The translations under genes were made by a program, and so were the position numbers. Under the pieces are notes generated by a model. The model had not been told where the DNA came from and did not search any database. It was given only the letters and a program-made list of their open reading frames with translations. From Thermoanaerobaculia bacterium (lineage in GTDB: Bacteria; Acidobacteriota; Thermoanaerobaculia; Multivoradales; JAGPDF01), in contig JASNYQ010000002.1 of the NCBI GenBank assembly GCA_048500095.1, positions 653,532 to 717,531 on the forward strand: a stretch of DNA of 64,000 bases. Direction: 5' to 3'. Of this stretch, positions 45,754 through 54,732 are shown in pieces; within the stretch, counting starts at the first letter, position 1; each line of letters opens with the position of its first letter.

Positions 45754-46647
45754 ATGCAGATCATCGTGAACCCGGCCGCCGCGGGCGGCCGCCTGGGGCG
45801 GCAGTGGCCCCGCCTCGAGGAGCGCCTCCGCGCCCTCGGTATCGACCTGCCGACGGTCTGGACCCGCGCGCCCGGCCACGCCAGCGACCTCGCCGCCGAG
45901 GCGGTGGCGGCCGGCCACCAGGTGGTCGTGGCGGCCGGCGGCGACGGCACGATCTGCGAGGTGCTCGAGGGGCTGCAGCGCACCGGGCGCGGGGCGCTCG
46001 CCATTCTCCCGCTCGGCACCGGCAACGACGCGGCGCGGGCGCTCGGCCTGCCGCTGCGCTTCGAGGCCGCGGCCCGCGTGCTCCTCGACGGTGTGCCGCG
46101 CCCGGTCGACGTCATGCGCGCCGGTGAGCGCTCGGTGCTCAACGCGATCGGCATCGGCCTGCTCGGGGCGATCAACGTGAACGCCTCGCGGATCAAGGCG
46201 GTGCGCGGGATCGCCGCCTACCTCGCGGCCGCCTCCACCACCCTCTTCCGCTACCGCTGCCCGGAGATCGAGCTCCTGGACGGCGACGGCTTCCACTACC
46301 GCGGGCCGATGACGATCCTCGCCATCCAGAGCGGCCCCACTACGGGCGGCGGCTTCCGCCTCTGCCCGGGGGCGCGCCCCGACGACGGCGAGATCGACGT
46401 CACGCTGGTCTCGCACACCGGCGTGCCGGCGCGGCTCGGCGCCCTCTCGCACGCGGTGCGGGGCACGCTCGCCAGCAAGCCGTTCACCTCCGAGCGGCGC
46501 ATCCGGCGCCTCGAGCTCCGCTGCGCGGAGCCGCTCCCCTGCCACTGGGACGGCAACCCCGGCGCGATCGAGCCCCCCGGCCTCCTCTTCGAGGCCCTCG
46601 CCGGCGCCCAGGAGGTGCTCCTCCCGCGCGCCGCACCGCCGCTCTGA
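45754..46647 (+). CDS. Diacylglycerol kinase catalytic-domain family lipid kinase (YegS/BmrU-like)
   Basis: MQIIVNPAAAGGR start. GGDGT motif (VVAAGGDGTICEV). LPLGTGND. Confidence 0.85.
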   Translation: MQIIVNPAAAGGRLGRQWPRLEERLRALGIDLPTVWTRAPGHASDLAAEAVAAGHQVVVAAGGDGTICEVLEGLQRTGRGALAILPLGTGNDAARALGLPLRFEAAARVLLDGVPRPVDVMRAGERSVLNAIGIGLLGAINVNASRIKAVRGIAAYLAAASTTLFRYRCPEIELLDGDGFHYRGPMTILAIQSGPTTGGGFRLCPGARPDDGEIDVTLVSHTGVPARLGALSHAVRGTLASKPFTSERRIRRLELRCAEPLPCHWDGNPGAIEPPGLLFEALAGAQEVLLPRAAPPL

Positions 46648-46704
46648 TCCACCCGCCCGGGGCTACAATCGAGGCCGGTCACAGGAAACGGCGGAGGTTC
46701 CGGG

Positions 46705-48210
46705 GTGGAGAACCAACGGCTCGTGGTGACGGGCGCCTCCGGCTTCATCGGCCGCCATCTCCTGGCGGCGCTGGCCGGGCGGACCGAGGTGCACGCGGTC
46801 GCCCGCCGCTCCCCCGCCCTCTCCGGAGCCCCCGCCGGGCCGGGGATCCACTGGCACCAGGCCGACATCGCCCGCCCCGCCGAGGTCGAGGCGGCGTTCG
46901 CCGCGATCCGCGCGGGCGGCGGAGCCGGCACTCTCTTCCACCTCGCCGGCCACTACGACTTCACCGGCCGGCGCGATCCCGCCTACCAGGCGACCAACGT
47001 GGACGGGATGCGGCACGTGCTCGACGCCGCCCGCGAGATCGGCGTCGAGCGCGTGATCTTCACCAGCTCGCTCGCCGCCTGCGCCTTCCCGCCGCAGGGC
47101 GAGCTCCTCCGCGAGAGCTCCCCCCCGGACGGCGACACGCCGTACGCCGAGAGCAAGCGGGCCGGCGAGGAGATGCTCCGCGAGTACCGCGGGGCGCTCC
47201 GCAGCACCGTCGTCCGCTTCGCCGCCATCTACTCCGACTGGTGCGAGTACGAGCCCGTCTTCCACTTTCTGGAGCAGTGGCTCTCGGAGTCGCCGACCCG
47301 CCGGGTGCTCGCCGGACGCGGGCGCTCGGCGGTGCCGTACCTGCACGTCCGGGACGCCGTCGACTTCCTCCTCCACCTCCTCGCCCACCCCGACCGGACC
47401 GCCGACGGCGAGGTGGTGATCGGCAGCCCCGACGGCGCCACCTCCCACCGCGAGCTCTTCGCCGCCGCCACCGCGGCCCACCACGGGCGGCGGCAGCGCC
47501 CGCTCTGCGTGCCGCGGCCCCTCTGCCGCCTGGCCCTGCCGCTGCGCGACGCCGCCGGCCGCCTCGCGGGCCGGCGCCCGTTCGAACGCCCCTGGATGGG
47601 GCGCATGATCGATCTCGCGCTCGCCGTGGACACCAGCCGCACCCGCGCCCGCCTCGGTTGGGAGCCGCGGCCGCGGCTCGCCATCCTGCGCCGGCTGCCG
47701 TTCCTGGTCGAGAACCGGAAGACCTACCCCGGCGAGTGGCTCCGCCGCAACCACGCCCGGCGCCTCGCGGTGCGGCGCGACAACCTGCTCCTGCACGGGC
47801 TGCTCGAGGCGCGCGCCGCGGAGCTCGAGGCCCAGCTCACGGCGCCGCTCCTCGCCGCCGCGGCGGCGGGCGCGGGCGGCTGGAGCCGGCTCGACCCCAC
47901 GCGCCTCGCCGACCTTCCCCGTGCGCTGCTCGAGGCGCTCCGCGCCGCCGTGCGCACCGGCGAGAAGGGGCGTTTCGTGGCGGCCTGCCGCGCGCAGGCG
48001 GTGGAGCTCTTCGCCGCCGGCGTCTCGCTCGACGAGCTCTGGGCCGAGCTCGAACGGCTCGGCCGCGCCTGCCACGAGCTCTTCGCCGCGGAGTCGCGCG
48101 ACGCCAACTGGCCCCTGGCTCTCCACGACCACCTGCAGGTCACGGTGCAGTTCGGGATCGACGAGATCCAGGACGTGCACGAGGGGGTGGACGGGCGCCA
48201 GGCGCCCTGA
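46705..48210 (+). CDS. NAD-dependent epimerase/dehydratase (extended SDR) with ~170-aa C-terminal domain of unknown function
   Basis: Rossmann VTGASGFIGRHL. YxxxK as YAESKRAGE. C-terminal Ala/Leu/Arg-rich region. Confidence 0.75.
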   Translation: MENQRLVVTGASGFIGRHLLAALAGRTEVHAVARRSPALSGAPAGPGIHWHQADIARPAEVEAAFAAIRAGGGAGTLFHLAGHYDFTGRRDPAYQATNVDGMRHVLDAAREIGVERVIFTSSLAACAFPPQGELLRESSPPDGDTPYAESKRAGEEMLREYRGALRSTVVRFAAIYSDWCEYEPVFHFLEQWLSESPTRRVLAGRGRSAVPYLHVRDAVDFLLHLLAHPDRTADGEVVIGSPDGATSHRELFAAATAAHHGRRQRPLCVPRPLCRLALPLRDAAGRLAGRRPFERPWMGRMIDLALAVDTSRTRARLGWEPRPRLAILRRLPFLVENRKTYPGEWLRRNHARRLAVRRDNLLLHGLLEARAAELEAQLTAPLLAAAAAGAGGWSRLDPTRLADLPRALLEALRAAVRTGEKGRFVAACRAQAVELFAAGVSLDELWAELERLGRACHELFAAESRDANWPLALHDHLQVTVQFGIDEIQDVHEGVDGRQAP

Positions 48211-48297
48211 CGCGCTCCACCCCGCTGCCGCAGCGCGGCGCAACCCTCCGCGACCCCTGCCGTAGAACGGCGATACCTCCGTCCCCAGGAGACCGCC

Positions 48298-49110
48298 ATG
48301 TCCGCAGACTCCGCTCCCACCCTCGAGCTCTCGCGCTATCTGGCGCGGGTCGGCGTCGCGGGCCCGCTCGCCCCCGACCGCGCCACCCTCGCCCGCCTCC
48401 ACCGCGCCCACCTCGCCGCCATCCCCTTCGAGAACCTGGACGTCCGCCTCGGGCGGCCGGTGGGCCTCGATCTCGCGAGCCTCGAGGCGCAGCTCGTGGC
48501 GCGCCGGCGCGGCGGCTACTGCTTCCAGCAGAACAGTCTCTTCGCCGCCGCGCTCCGCGCCGTCGGCTTCTCCGTCGCCACGCTGGAGGCCCGCGTGCGC
48601 CCGCCCGGCGCCCCCGCCCAGCTGCCGCGCACCCACATGCTGCTCCGCGTCGAGCTGCCGGCCGGCGCATGGCTCGCCGACGTCGGCTTCGGCGGCGACG
48701 GCCCCCTCGACCCGGTGCCGCTGGACGGCACGGCGAGCGAGCAGCCGGGGGACGCCTTTCGTGTCGTCACCGAGGCGGGCGGCACGATCGCCCTGCAGCG
48801 CCGGGGCGAAGCCGGCTGGGCCGACCTCTACGCCTTCCGCCCCGAGCCGGCGCTGCCGGTCGACTTCCAGGTCGCCCATCACTTCACGTCGACCTTTCCC
48901 CGCTCGCCGTTCGTGACCACGCTGACCGTCCAACGGGCCACGCCCGCGGCGCGGGAGACGCTCCGCGGCCGCACCCTCACGGTGCGGCGCGGCGCCGAGG
49001 TCGAGAGCCGCGAGCTCGCGGACGAGGAGGTGGTGGCGGCGGTCCGCGAGCGCTTCGGGCTCGACGTCACGGCCGAGGATGTCCTCGCCGCCCTCCCGAC
49101 CCCGGCCTGA
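48298..49110 (+). CDS. Arylamine N-acetyltransferase
   Basis: IPFENLDV N-terminal block. Catalytic Cys in RRGGYCFQQN. Length 270 aa is typical of NAT. Confidence 0.8.
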   Translation: MSADSAPTLELSRYLARVGVAGPLAPDRATLARLHRAHLAAIPFENLDVRLGRPVGLDLASLEAQLVARRRGGYCFQQNSLFAAALRAVGFSVATLEARVRPPGAPAQLPRTHMLLRVELPAGAWLADVGFGGDGPLDPVPLDGTASEQPGDAFRVVTEAGGTIALQRRGEAGWADLYAFRPEPALPVDFQVAHHFTSTFPRSPFVTTLTVQRATPAARETLRGRTLTVRRGAEVESRELADEEVVAAVRERFGLDVTAEDVLAALPTPA

Positions 49111-49141
49111 CGGCCGGATCCGATCCTCTACAATCGGTGCC

Positions 49142-49609
49142 ATGAGCGAACCGAGCGCGCAGCAGGGACGGCTGGTCGAGGACGAAGAGGAGCTGGCGGC
49201 GATCGTGCGCGGCATGCGCACCGTCGCGGTGGTGGGGATGAAGGGGGACGACCGCCCCGAGGAGTCGGCGGTGGCGATCCCGGCGATGCTCCAGGAGCGC
49301 GGCTACCGCGTGATCCCGGTCAACCCGAAGCTCGCGAGCGCGCTCGGCGAGCGCGCCTGGCCCGACCTCGCGAGCGTGCCCGACCGGTTCGACCTCGTGG
49401 ACGTCTTTCGCCGCCCCGACGCGATCCCCGGCCTCGCCGGGGAGATCCTGGCCCTCCCCCCGGAGCGCCGCCCCGAGGTCGTCTGGCTCCAGAGCGGCAT
49501 CCGCCACGACGAGGCCGCCGCCCGCCTCGCCGCCGCCGGCATCGCCGTCGTCCAGGACCGCTGCCTCGGCGTCTACGCCAGCCGCTACGCCCCCCGGCCC
49601 GGCGCGTAG
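49142..49609 (+). CDS. CoA-binding domain protein (YccU/YneT-like)
   Basis: TVAVVGMKGD...RPEESA Rossmann-like CoA-binding fold. 155 aa. Confidence 0.75.
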   Translation: MSEPSAQQGRLVEDEEELAAIVRGMRTVAVVGMKGDDRPEESAVAIPAMLQERGYRVIPVNPKLASALGERAWPDLASVPDRFDLVDVFRRPDAIPGLAGEILALPPERRPEVVWLQSGIRHDEAAARLAAAGIAVVQDRCLGVYASRYAPRPGA

Positions 49610-50979
49610 GACCGCCCCGCTCTCTCCTCCGGGTAGACCAGCGCCAGCGCGAGGTCGTTGACGTTGGTGCCCGTGGGTCCGGTGACCCAGAGGTCGCCGA
49701 GGGCGCGGAAGAACGGCGCGGTGTCGTTGTCCGCGAGCGCCCGCTCGGCCGAGAGGCCGAGCGCTGCGGCGCGGGCGAGGGTCTCGCCGGTGGCGAGCGC
49801 GCCAGCTGCGCCACTCGTGCCGTCCACGCCGTCGGTGGCAAAGGCGAGGAGCGCGATGCCCGGGTATCCCGCGAGGACCTCCGCGGCGCCGAGCGCGAGC
49901 TCGAGGTTGCGGCCGCCGCGGCCGGAGCCGCTGACGGTGACCGTGGTCTCGCCCCCCCAGACGAGGCAGAGCGACCGGGAGGTCGCCGAAACCGTGGCCC
50001 CTCTCGCGCCGAGCGCCTCCCGCGCGAGCGCCGCACCGACCTCGCGCGCCTCGCCGCGGAGCGCCGCCACGGCGACCCGGGTCGAGAAGCCGCGCCGCGC
50101 CGCCGCCGTGGCCACCGCCGCGGCCGCCATCCGGTTCGAGCCCACGATCCGGTACTCCCCGCCTCCCGTGGCGGCCGCTCCGAGCGGAGGGGCTTCGCGC
50201 GGATCCTCTGCCGCCGCCCGCAGGACCGCGGCCACGCGCGGCAGCTCCCGAGCGATGCCCGCCTGGTCGAGCACCGCGAGCGCCTCCGCCGCGCCCGTCG
50301 GCGACGCCACCGTGGGCCCCGAGCCGATCGCCTCCGGGGCGTCGCCGACCACGTCCGAGAGCGCCAGGGTCGTCACCCGGGCCGGCGCCGCGAGCCGCGC
50401 GAGGCCGCCCCCCTTGAGCGTCGAGAGGGCGCGGCGCACCGTGTTGAGCGCCTCGATGTCGACTCCCGCGCGCTGCAGGGCGAGTGTGACGGCCCGCAGG
50501 TCGTCGAGCGAGACGCCCGGCCGGAGCCGCTCGAGCAGCGACGAGGCGCCGCCCGACAGGAGGACGAGCACGCGGTCCGGCTCCTCCGCCCCCGCGAGCA
50601 GCCGCGCCACCGCCTCGCCCGCCGCGAGACTTCTCTCGTCCGGCAGCGGGTGGCCCGCGCCGACCGCAACGAGGCCGGGCGGCCAGGCCGTTCGGCCCGC
50701 CTCCCGATCCCCGCGAGGGTGAACGACGACGCCGGCGGCGATCCGCTCCCCGAGGCTCTGGCAGGCGCCGAGCGCCATCCCGACCGACGCCTTGCCCACG
50801 GCCACGAGGATCAGCCGGCCCCTATCCCCCACCCAGCCGTCTTCCGCAGCGCCGAGCCGGGCGTGGAGCGCCCGCCGCACCGCACCCGCCGGGTCGGCGG
50901 CCGCGAGCGCGGCCGCGGAGAGCGCCGCGAGATGATCGCGCAGGTCGCACATGGAGAGGGGCACCACGTCGGGCCTCAC
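49585..50979 (-). CDS. Glycerate 2-kinase, MOFRL family
   Basis: MOFRL blocks LVAVGKASVGMA, LLSGGASSLLE, LVWGGETTVTV..GRGGRNLELALG, FATDGVDG. Confidence 0.8.
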   Translation of the reverse strand: MRPDVVPLSMCDLRDHLAALSAAALAAADPAGAVRRALHARLGAAEDGWVGDRGRLILVAVGKASVGMALGACQSLGERIAAGVVVHPRGDREAGRTAWPPGLVAVGAGHPLPDERSLAAGEAVARLLAGAEEPDRVLVLLSGGASSLLERLRPGVSLDDLRAVTLALQRAGVDIEALNTVRRALSTLKGGGLARLAAPARVTTLALSDVVGDAPEAIGSGPTVASPTGAAEALAVLDQAGIARELPRVAAVLRAAAEDPREAPPLGAAATGGGEYRIVGSNRMAAAAVATAAARRGFSTRVAVAALRGEAREVGAALAREALGARGATVSATSRSLCLVWGGETTVTVSGSGRGGRNLELALGAAEVLAGYPGIALLAFATDGVDGTSGAAGALATGETLARAAALGLSAERALADNDTAPFFRALGDLWVTGPTGTNVNDLALALVYPEERAGRSYAPGRGA

Positions 50980-51030
50980 CCGGATGCTACCGCCACCCCG
51001 CGGCGGGGCCGCGGCGGGATGGCGCAGGGC

Positions 51031-52482
51031 TCAGGAAGTGGACGCGCGGCGGCGGCCGAGCAGCAGGCCCGCGCCGACCACGCTCCAGCCGGCCACGATC
51101 CCGACCGTGGCGAGGAAGGCCGGGTTGTTCGCGTACGGGCCGAGGCGCAGGAGCGCGGTGAGCAGGTAGCCGCCCACCGAGGCGGCGACGCCGAGGGCCA
51201 CGAGGGCGCGGCCGGCCCGCGGCACGAACATACCGCAGGCGAGCGGGAGGAAGGCGCCCGTGAAGAGGAGATAGACGCCGTACTGAGCGAAGATCGCGAC
51301 CGAGCCGCCGGTCGGGTGCTCGAGCTGCCAGAGGGCGAGCGCCACCACGGCGCCCCCGAGGAGCACGAGCCCGGCGCGACCGAAGCGGAGTGCCCCCCCC
51401 TCGGCCCCCTCCTTGCGCAGGAGCGGATAGACGTCCACCGAGAGGATCGCGGAGAGAGCGAGGAGGATCCCTTCGAGCGTCGAGAGCCCCGCGCAGAGCA
51501 TGCCGACCGACACCAGCACCTGGAGCGCCGGCGAGAAGCTGCTCGCGATCCAGGCCGGAATCACCCGGTCGATCGGCAGCGCCTGCTCGAGGGCGAGGCG
51601 CGCCCAGAAGCCGGTCAGGAGCACCGAGGAGAAGGCGATGCCGCAGCCGATCGCCGCGCCGAGGAAGCGGCGCATGTCCCGGGACTCGCGCAGGTAGAGG
51701 GCCTTGCCGAGGATGTGCGGCTGGCAGACGATCGCGAGGCCGACCAGGAAGTTGCAGAAGAAGACCTCGAAGACGCTGCGGAAGTAGGGGGAGGCGGGAT
51801 TGACCGGGCGCGCCAGGTTCGGGTCGATCGCGGCCAGGCGGGCGAGCAGGCCGGGCTCGCCGCCGAGGAGCGGCAGCCCCTTGCCGATCAGCAGCAGGGC
51901 CACCACCACCATGATCGACGCCTGCACCGCGTTCGTCCAGGCGTGGCCCGTGGCGCCGCCGACGATCACGCCGCCGACGGCCACCAGCACGAGGGCGAAC
52001 GCCACCAGCGCGGGCGGCTGGCCGAGCAGATGGCCGAGCACCAGCGCGAGGGCGACCACGATCAGGGTCGCGAAGGCGACGAGGCCGAGCGAGAGCACGG
52101 CGAACGCCGCGCGCATCCCCGGCGAGCCGTAGCGCGCGCCGATCCACTGCGGCACGGTGAGCGCCTGCACGCGCGCCCCCTGCTCGCGGAAGCGGGGGGC
52201 GAGGAGCAGGAGGCCGAGGGTGATGCCGAGCGCCGCCGCCACGCCGTAGCCGAGCAGCGCTGAGAGACCGAAAGCGTGGACGAGCCCGGGGTTGATGACG
52301 AAGGTCGCGACGCTCGTCAGCTGCGCCGCGAGCGAGAGGCCGACCACGGTCGCCGGGAGCGAGCGCCCGCCGATCGCGTAGCCGGCGAGCGAGCCCGAGC
52401 CGCGGGCTCCCCGCAGCGCCAGCCCGGCGGTGACCGCGAAGTAGAGGGCGACGGCGATCCAGCCGAGCAGGACCGGGCTCAT
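51031..52482 (-). CDS. Sodium:solute symporter (SSS) family transporter
   Basis: 13-14 TM. SSS-type N-terminal AGYAIGGRSLP and internal blocks. Confidence 0.8.
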   Translation of the reverse strand: MSPVLLGWIAVALYFAVTAGLALRGARGSGSLAGYAIGGRSLPATVVGLSLAAQLTSVATFVINPGLVHAFGLSALLGYGVAAALGITLGLLLLAPRFREQGARVQALTVPQWIGARYGSPGMRAAFAVLSLGLVAFATLIVVALALVLGHLLGQPPALVAFALVLVAVGGVIVGGATGHAWTNAVQASIMVVVALLLIGKGLPLLGGEPGLLARLAAIDPNLARPVNPASPYFRSVFEVFFCNFLVGLAIVCQPHILGKALYLRESRDMRRFLGAAIGCGIAFSSVLLTGFWARLALEQALPIDRVIPAWIASSFSPALQVLVSVGMLCAGLSTLEGILLALSAILSVDVYPLLRKEGAEGGALRFGRAGLVLLGGAVVALALWQLEHPTGGSVAIFAQYGVYLLFTGAFLPLACGMFVPRAGRALVALGVAASVGGYLLTALLRLGPYANNPAFLATVGIVAGWSVVGAGLLLGRRRASTS

Positions 52483-52591
52483 CGCGGGCTGGGAGTCGAG
52501 GCGGACCGGCTCATCGTGCGCCGAGGGACAGTATCACGCCGGAATCCCCGGACGCTGCCGGTGGCGCCGGATGGTAGGGTGACCCGAGGAG

Positions 52592-53647
52592 GTGCCCATG
52601 AGCGCGACCGACGACGGCGGCTTCGGAGGCCGCCGCATCGAGTTTCCCGGGGTGCACCGCGACTGGCGCGCGGCCCTCGACCGTCTCCCCCTGCGCCCGA
52701 TCATCCTCGCCGTGCTCGCGCTGGTCGCCGCTTTCGGCTCGGTCTACACCGTCGACCCGGAGGAGACCGGCGTCGTGCAGCGCTTCGGCGCCTACGTGCG
52801 CGAGGCGCCGCCGGGGCTCAACTTCAAGCTGCCGCTGGGCGTCGAGACCGTGGTCAAGGTGCCGGTCGAACGGCAGCTCAAGGAGGAGTTCGGCTTCCGC
52901 ACCGTTCGCACCGAGGGGCGCACCGAGGCGCGCACCGAGTACTCCGGCCGCAGCTTCGACGATGAGTCGCTCATGCTCACCGGCGACCTCAACATCGCCG
53001 ACGTCGAGTGGGTGGTGCAGTACCGGATCGTCGACGCCTACGACTACCTCTTCCGGGTGCGCAACGTGCGCGAGACGTTCCGCGCCATGACCGAGGCGGT
53101 GGTGCGCGAGGCGGTCGGCGACCGCACGGTGAACGAGGTCCTCACCGTCGGCCGCCAGGAGATCGCGACCCTCGTCGAGGAGGGGCTCCAGGCGCTCTGC
53201 GACCAGTACGAGACCGGCCTGAAGGTCGAGCAGGTGGTGCTCCAGAACGTGAACCCTCCCGAGGCGGTCAAGGCCTCGTTCAATGCCGTCAACCAGGCGC
53301 AGCAGGAGCGCGAGGAGCGGATCAACACCGCGCAGCGCGAGTACAACCAGGTCATCCCGCGCGCCCAGGGCGAGGCGCAGCAGACGGTCGAGCGGGCCGA
53401 GGGGTACGCCCTCGACCGAGTGAACCGCGCCGAGGGGGACGCCGCCCGCTTCACCGCCCTCTTCGAGGAGTACCGCAAGGCACCGGAGGTGACCCGCAAG
53501 CGGATCTACCTCGAGACCCTGGGGCGCGTGCTGCCGAAGGCGGGCCGGAAGGTGGTGGTGGACGAGGAGGTCCGGGGCCTGCTCCCGCTCCTGAACCTGG
53601 ACGGCGTGCGGCCGGCGGCGGCCGCCGCCCAGGAGGGCGGACGATGA
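52592..53647 (+). CDS. hflK: FtsH protease modulator HflK
   Basis: N-terminal TM, SPFH/band-7 domain (TGDLNIADVEWVVQYRIVDAYDYLF), coiled-coil C-terminus. Overlaps hflC start. Confidence 0.85.
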   Translation: MPMSATDDGGFGGRRIEFPGVHRDWRAALDRLPLRPIILAVLALVAAFGSVYTVDPEETGVVQRFGAYVREAPPGLNFKLPLGVETVVKVPVERQLKEEFGFRTVRTEGRTEARTEYSGRSFDDESLMLTGDLNIADVEWVVQYRIVDAYDYLFRVRNVRETFRAMTEAVVREAVGDRTVNEVLTVGRQEIATLVEEGLQALCDQYETGLKVEQVVLQNVNPPEAVKASFNAVNQAQQEREERINTAQREYNQVIPRAQGEAQQTVERAEGYALDRVNRAEGDAARFTALFEEYRKAPEVTRKRIYLETLGRVLPKAGRKVVVDEEVRGLLPLLNLDGVRPAAAAAQEGGR

Positions 53648-54585
53648 ACCCGCGGCTGCTGCTCGCCGCCGTCGTGCTCGGCGCCATCGCGCTCTCCGGC
53701 CTCGTCTACGTGGTCGACGAGGCCGAGCAGGTGATCCGCACGCAGTTCGGCCGCCCGGTCGGCGACCCGGTCACCACCCCCGGGCTCCACTTCAAGGTGC
53801 CGCTCATCCAGAAGGTCCACCGCTTCGAGAAGCGCTTCCTCGAGTGGGACGGCGAGGCCAACCAGCTGCCCACCCGCGACAAGCGCTTCATCTGGGTCGA
53901 CACCTACGCCCGCTGGCGAATCAGCGACCCGCTCAAGTTCTTCCAGCGCCTCAAGGACGAACGCGGCGCCCAGACCCGGCTCGACGACATCCTCGACGGC
54001 GAGACCCGCAACGCCATCGCCAACCACGACCTCGTCGAGGTGGTCCGCACCACGAACCGCACGCCCGAGGTGGACGAGTCGCAGACCGAGGAGGAACGGG
54101 TGGTCCTCGAGACGATCGTCGACGGGCGGGAGAAGATTCGGCTCGAGATCCTCGCCAAGGCGCAGGCGCGCACCGGCGACCTCGGCATCGAGATCCTCGA
54201 CGTGCGCCTGAAGCGGATCAACTACGTCGCCGAGGTCCAGGCCAAGGTCTTCGACCGGATGATCGCCGAGCGCGAGCGGATCGCCGCCCGCTTCCGCTCC
54301 CAGGGCGAGGGGGAGGCGCTGCGCATCCAGGGCGAGCGGGAGCGCGACCTGAAGCGGATCGGCTCGGAGGCGTACCGCGCGGCCGAGGAGATCCGCGGCC
54401 GCGCCGACGCCGCCGCCACGGAGATCTACGCCCGCGCCTACAACCGCTCGCGCGAGTCCCAGAGCTTCTACGAGTTCCTGAAGACGATGGAGACCCTGGA
54501 GGCGACGGTCGATCCCGAGACGGTGCTCGTCCTCTCCTCCGAGAGCGACTTCTACGGCTTCCTGAAGCGGAGCGCGGGCCCGTAG
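53644..54585 (+). CDS. hflC: FtsH protease modulator HflC
   Basis: N-terminal TM then SPFH domain (VIRTQFGRPV...GLHFKVPLIQKV). ATGA overlap with hflK. Confidence 0.85.
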   Translation: MNPRLLLAAVVLGAIALSGLVYVVDEAEQVIRTQFGRPVGDPVTTPGLHFKVPLIQKVHRFEKRFLEWDGEANQLPTRDKRFIWVDTYARWRISDPLKFFQRLKDERGAQTRLDDILDGETRNAIANHDLVEVVRTTNRTPEVDESQTEEERVVLETIVDGREKIRLEILAKAQARTGDLGIEILDVRLKRINYVAEVQAKVFDRMIAERERIAARFRSQGEGEALRIQGERERDLKRIGSEAYRAAEEIRGRADAAATEIYARAYNRSRESQSFYEFLKTMETLEATVDPETVLVLSSESDFYGFLKRSAGP

Positions 54586-54592
54586 CCCCCCT

Positions 54593-54610
54593 CCCCCCCC
54601 CCGGGGGGGG
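54593..54610. repeat. C10G8 homopolymer palindrome
   Basis: cccccccccc gggggggg immediately 3' of the hflC stop. Confidence 0.9.
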
Positions 54611-54624
54611 CTCCCGCGCCCTCT

Positions 54625-54653
54625 CCTCTCCCCGCGGCCGCCAGGGGGAGAGG
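54625..54653 (+). terminator. Hairpin after hflC
   Basis: cctctcccc-N11-ggggagagg. Preceded by the C10G8 homopolymer palindrome. Confidence 0.45.
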
Positions 54654-54732
54654 ACCGGGATCTCCCCTCCTCCCCCGAGTCGCCTCTTCGCGGTGCTAGA
54701 GTTCCGGGTCAGCCACCCAGAAAGGGGAGACC

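Noticed and set aside
45222-46196. Two ORFs both containing the peptide EMSKLSP
   Set aside because: The shared peptide arises because both arms of the perfect inverted repeat (45655-45751) encode the same amino acids on opposite strands. The ORFs overlap mtgA and the DAG-kinase gene out of frame and are artefacts.
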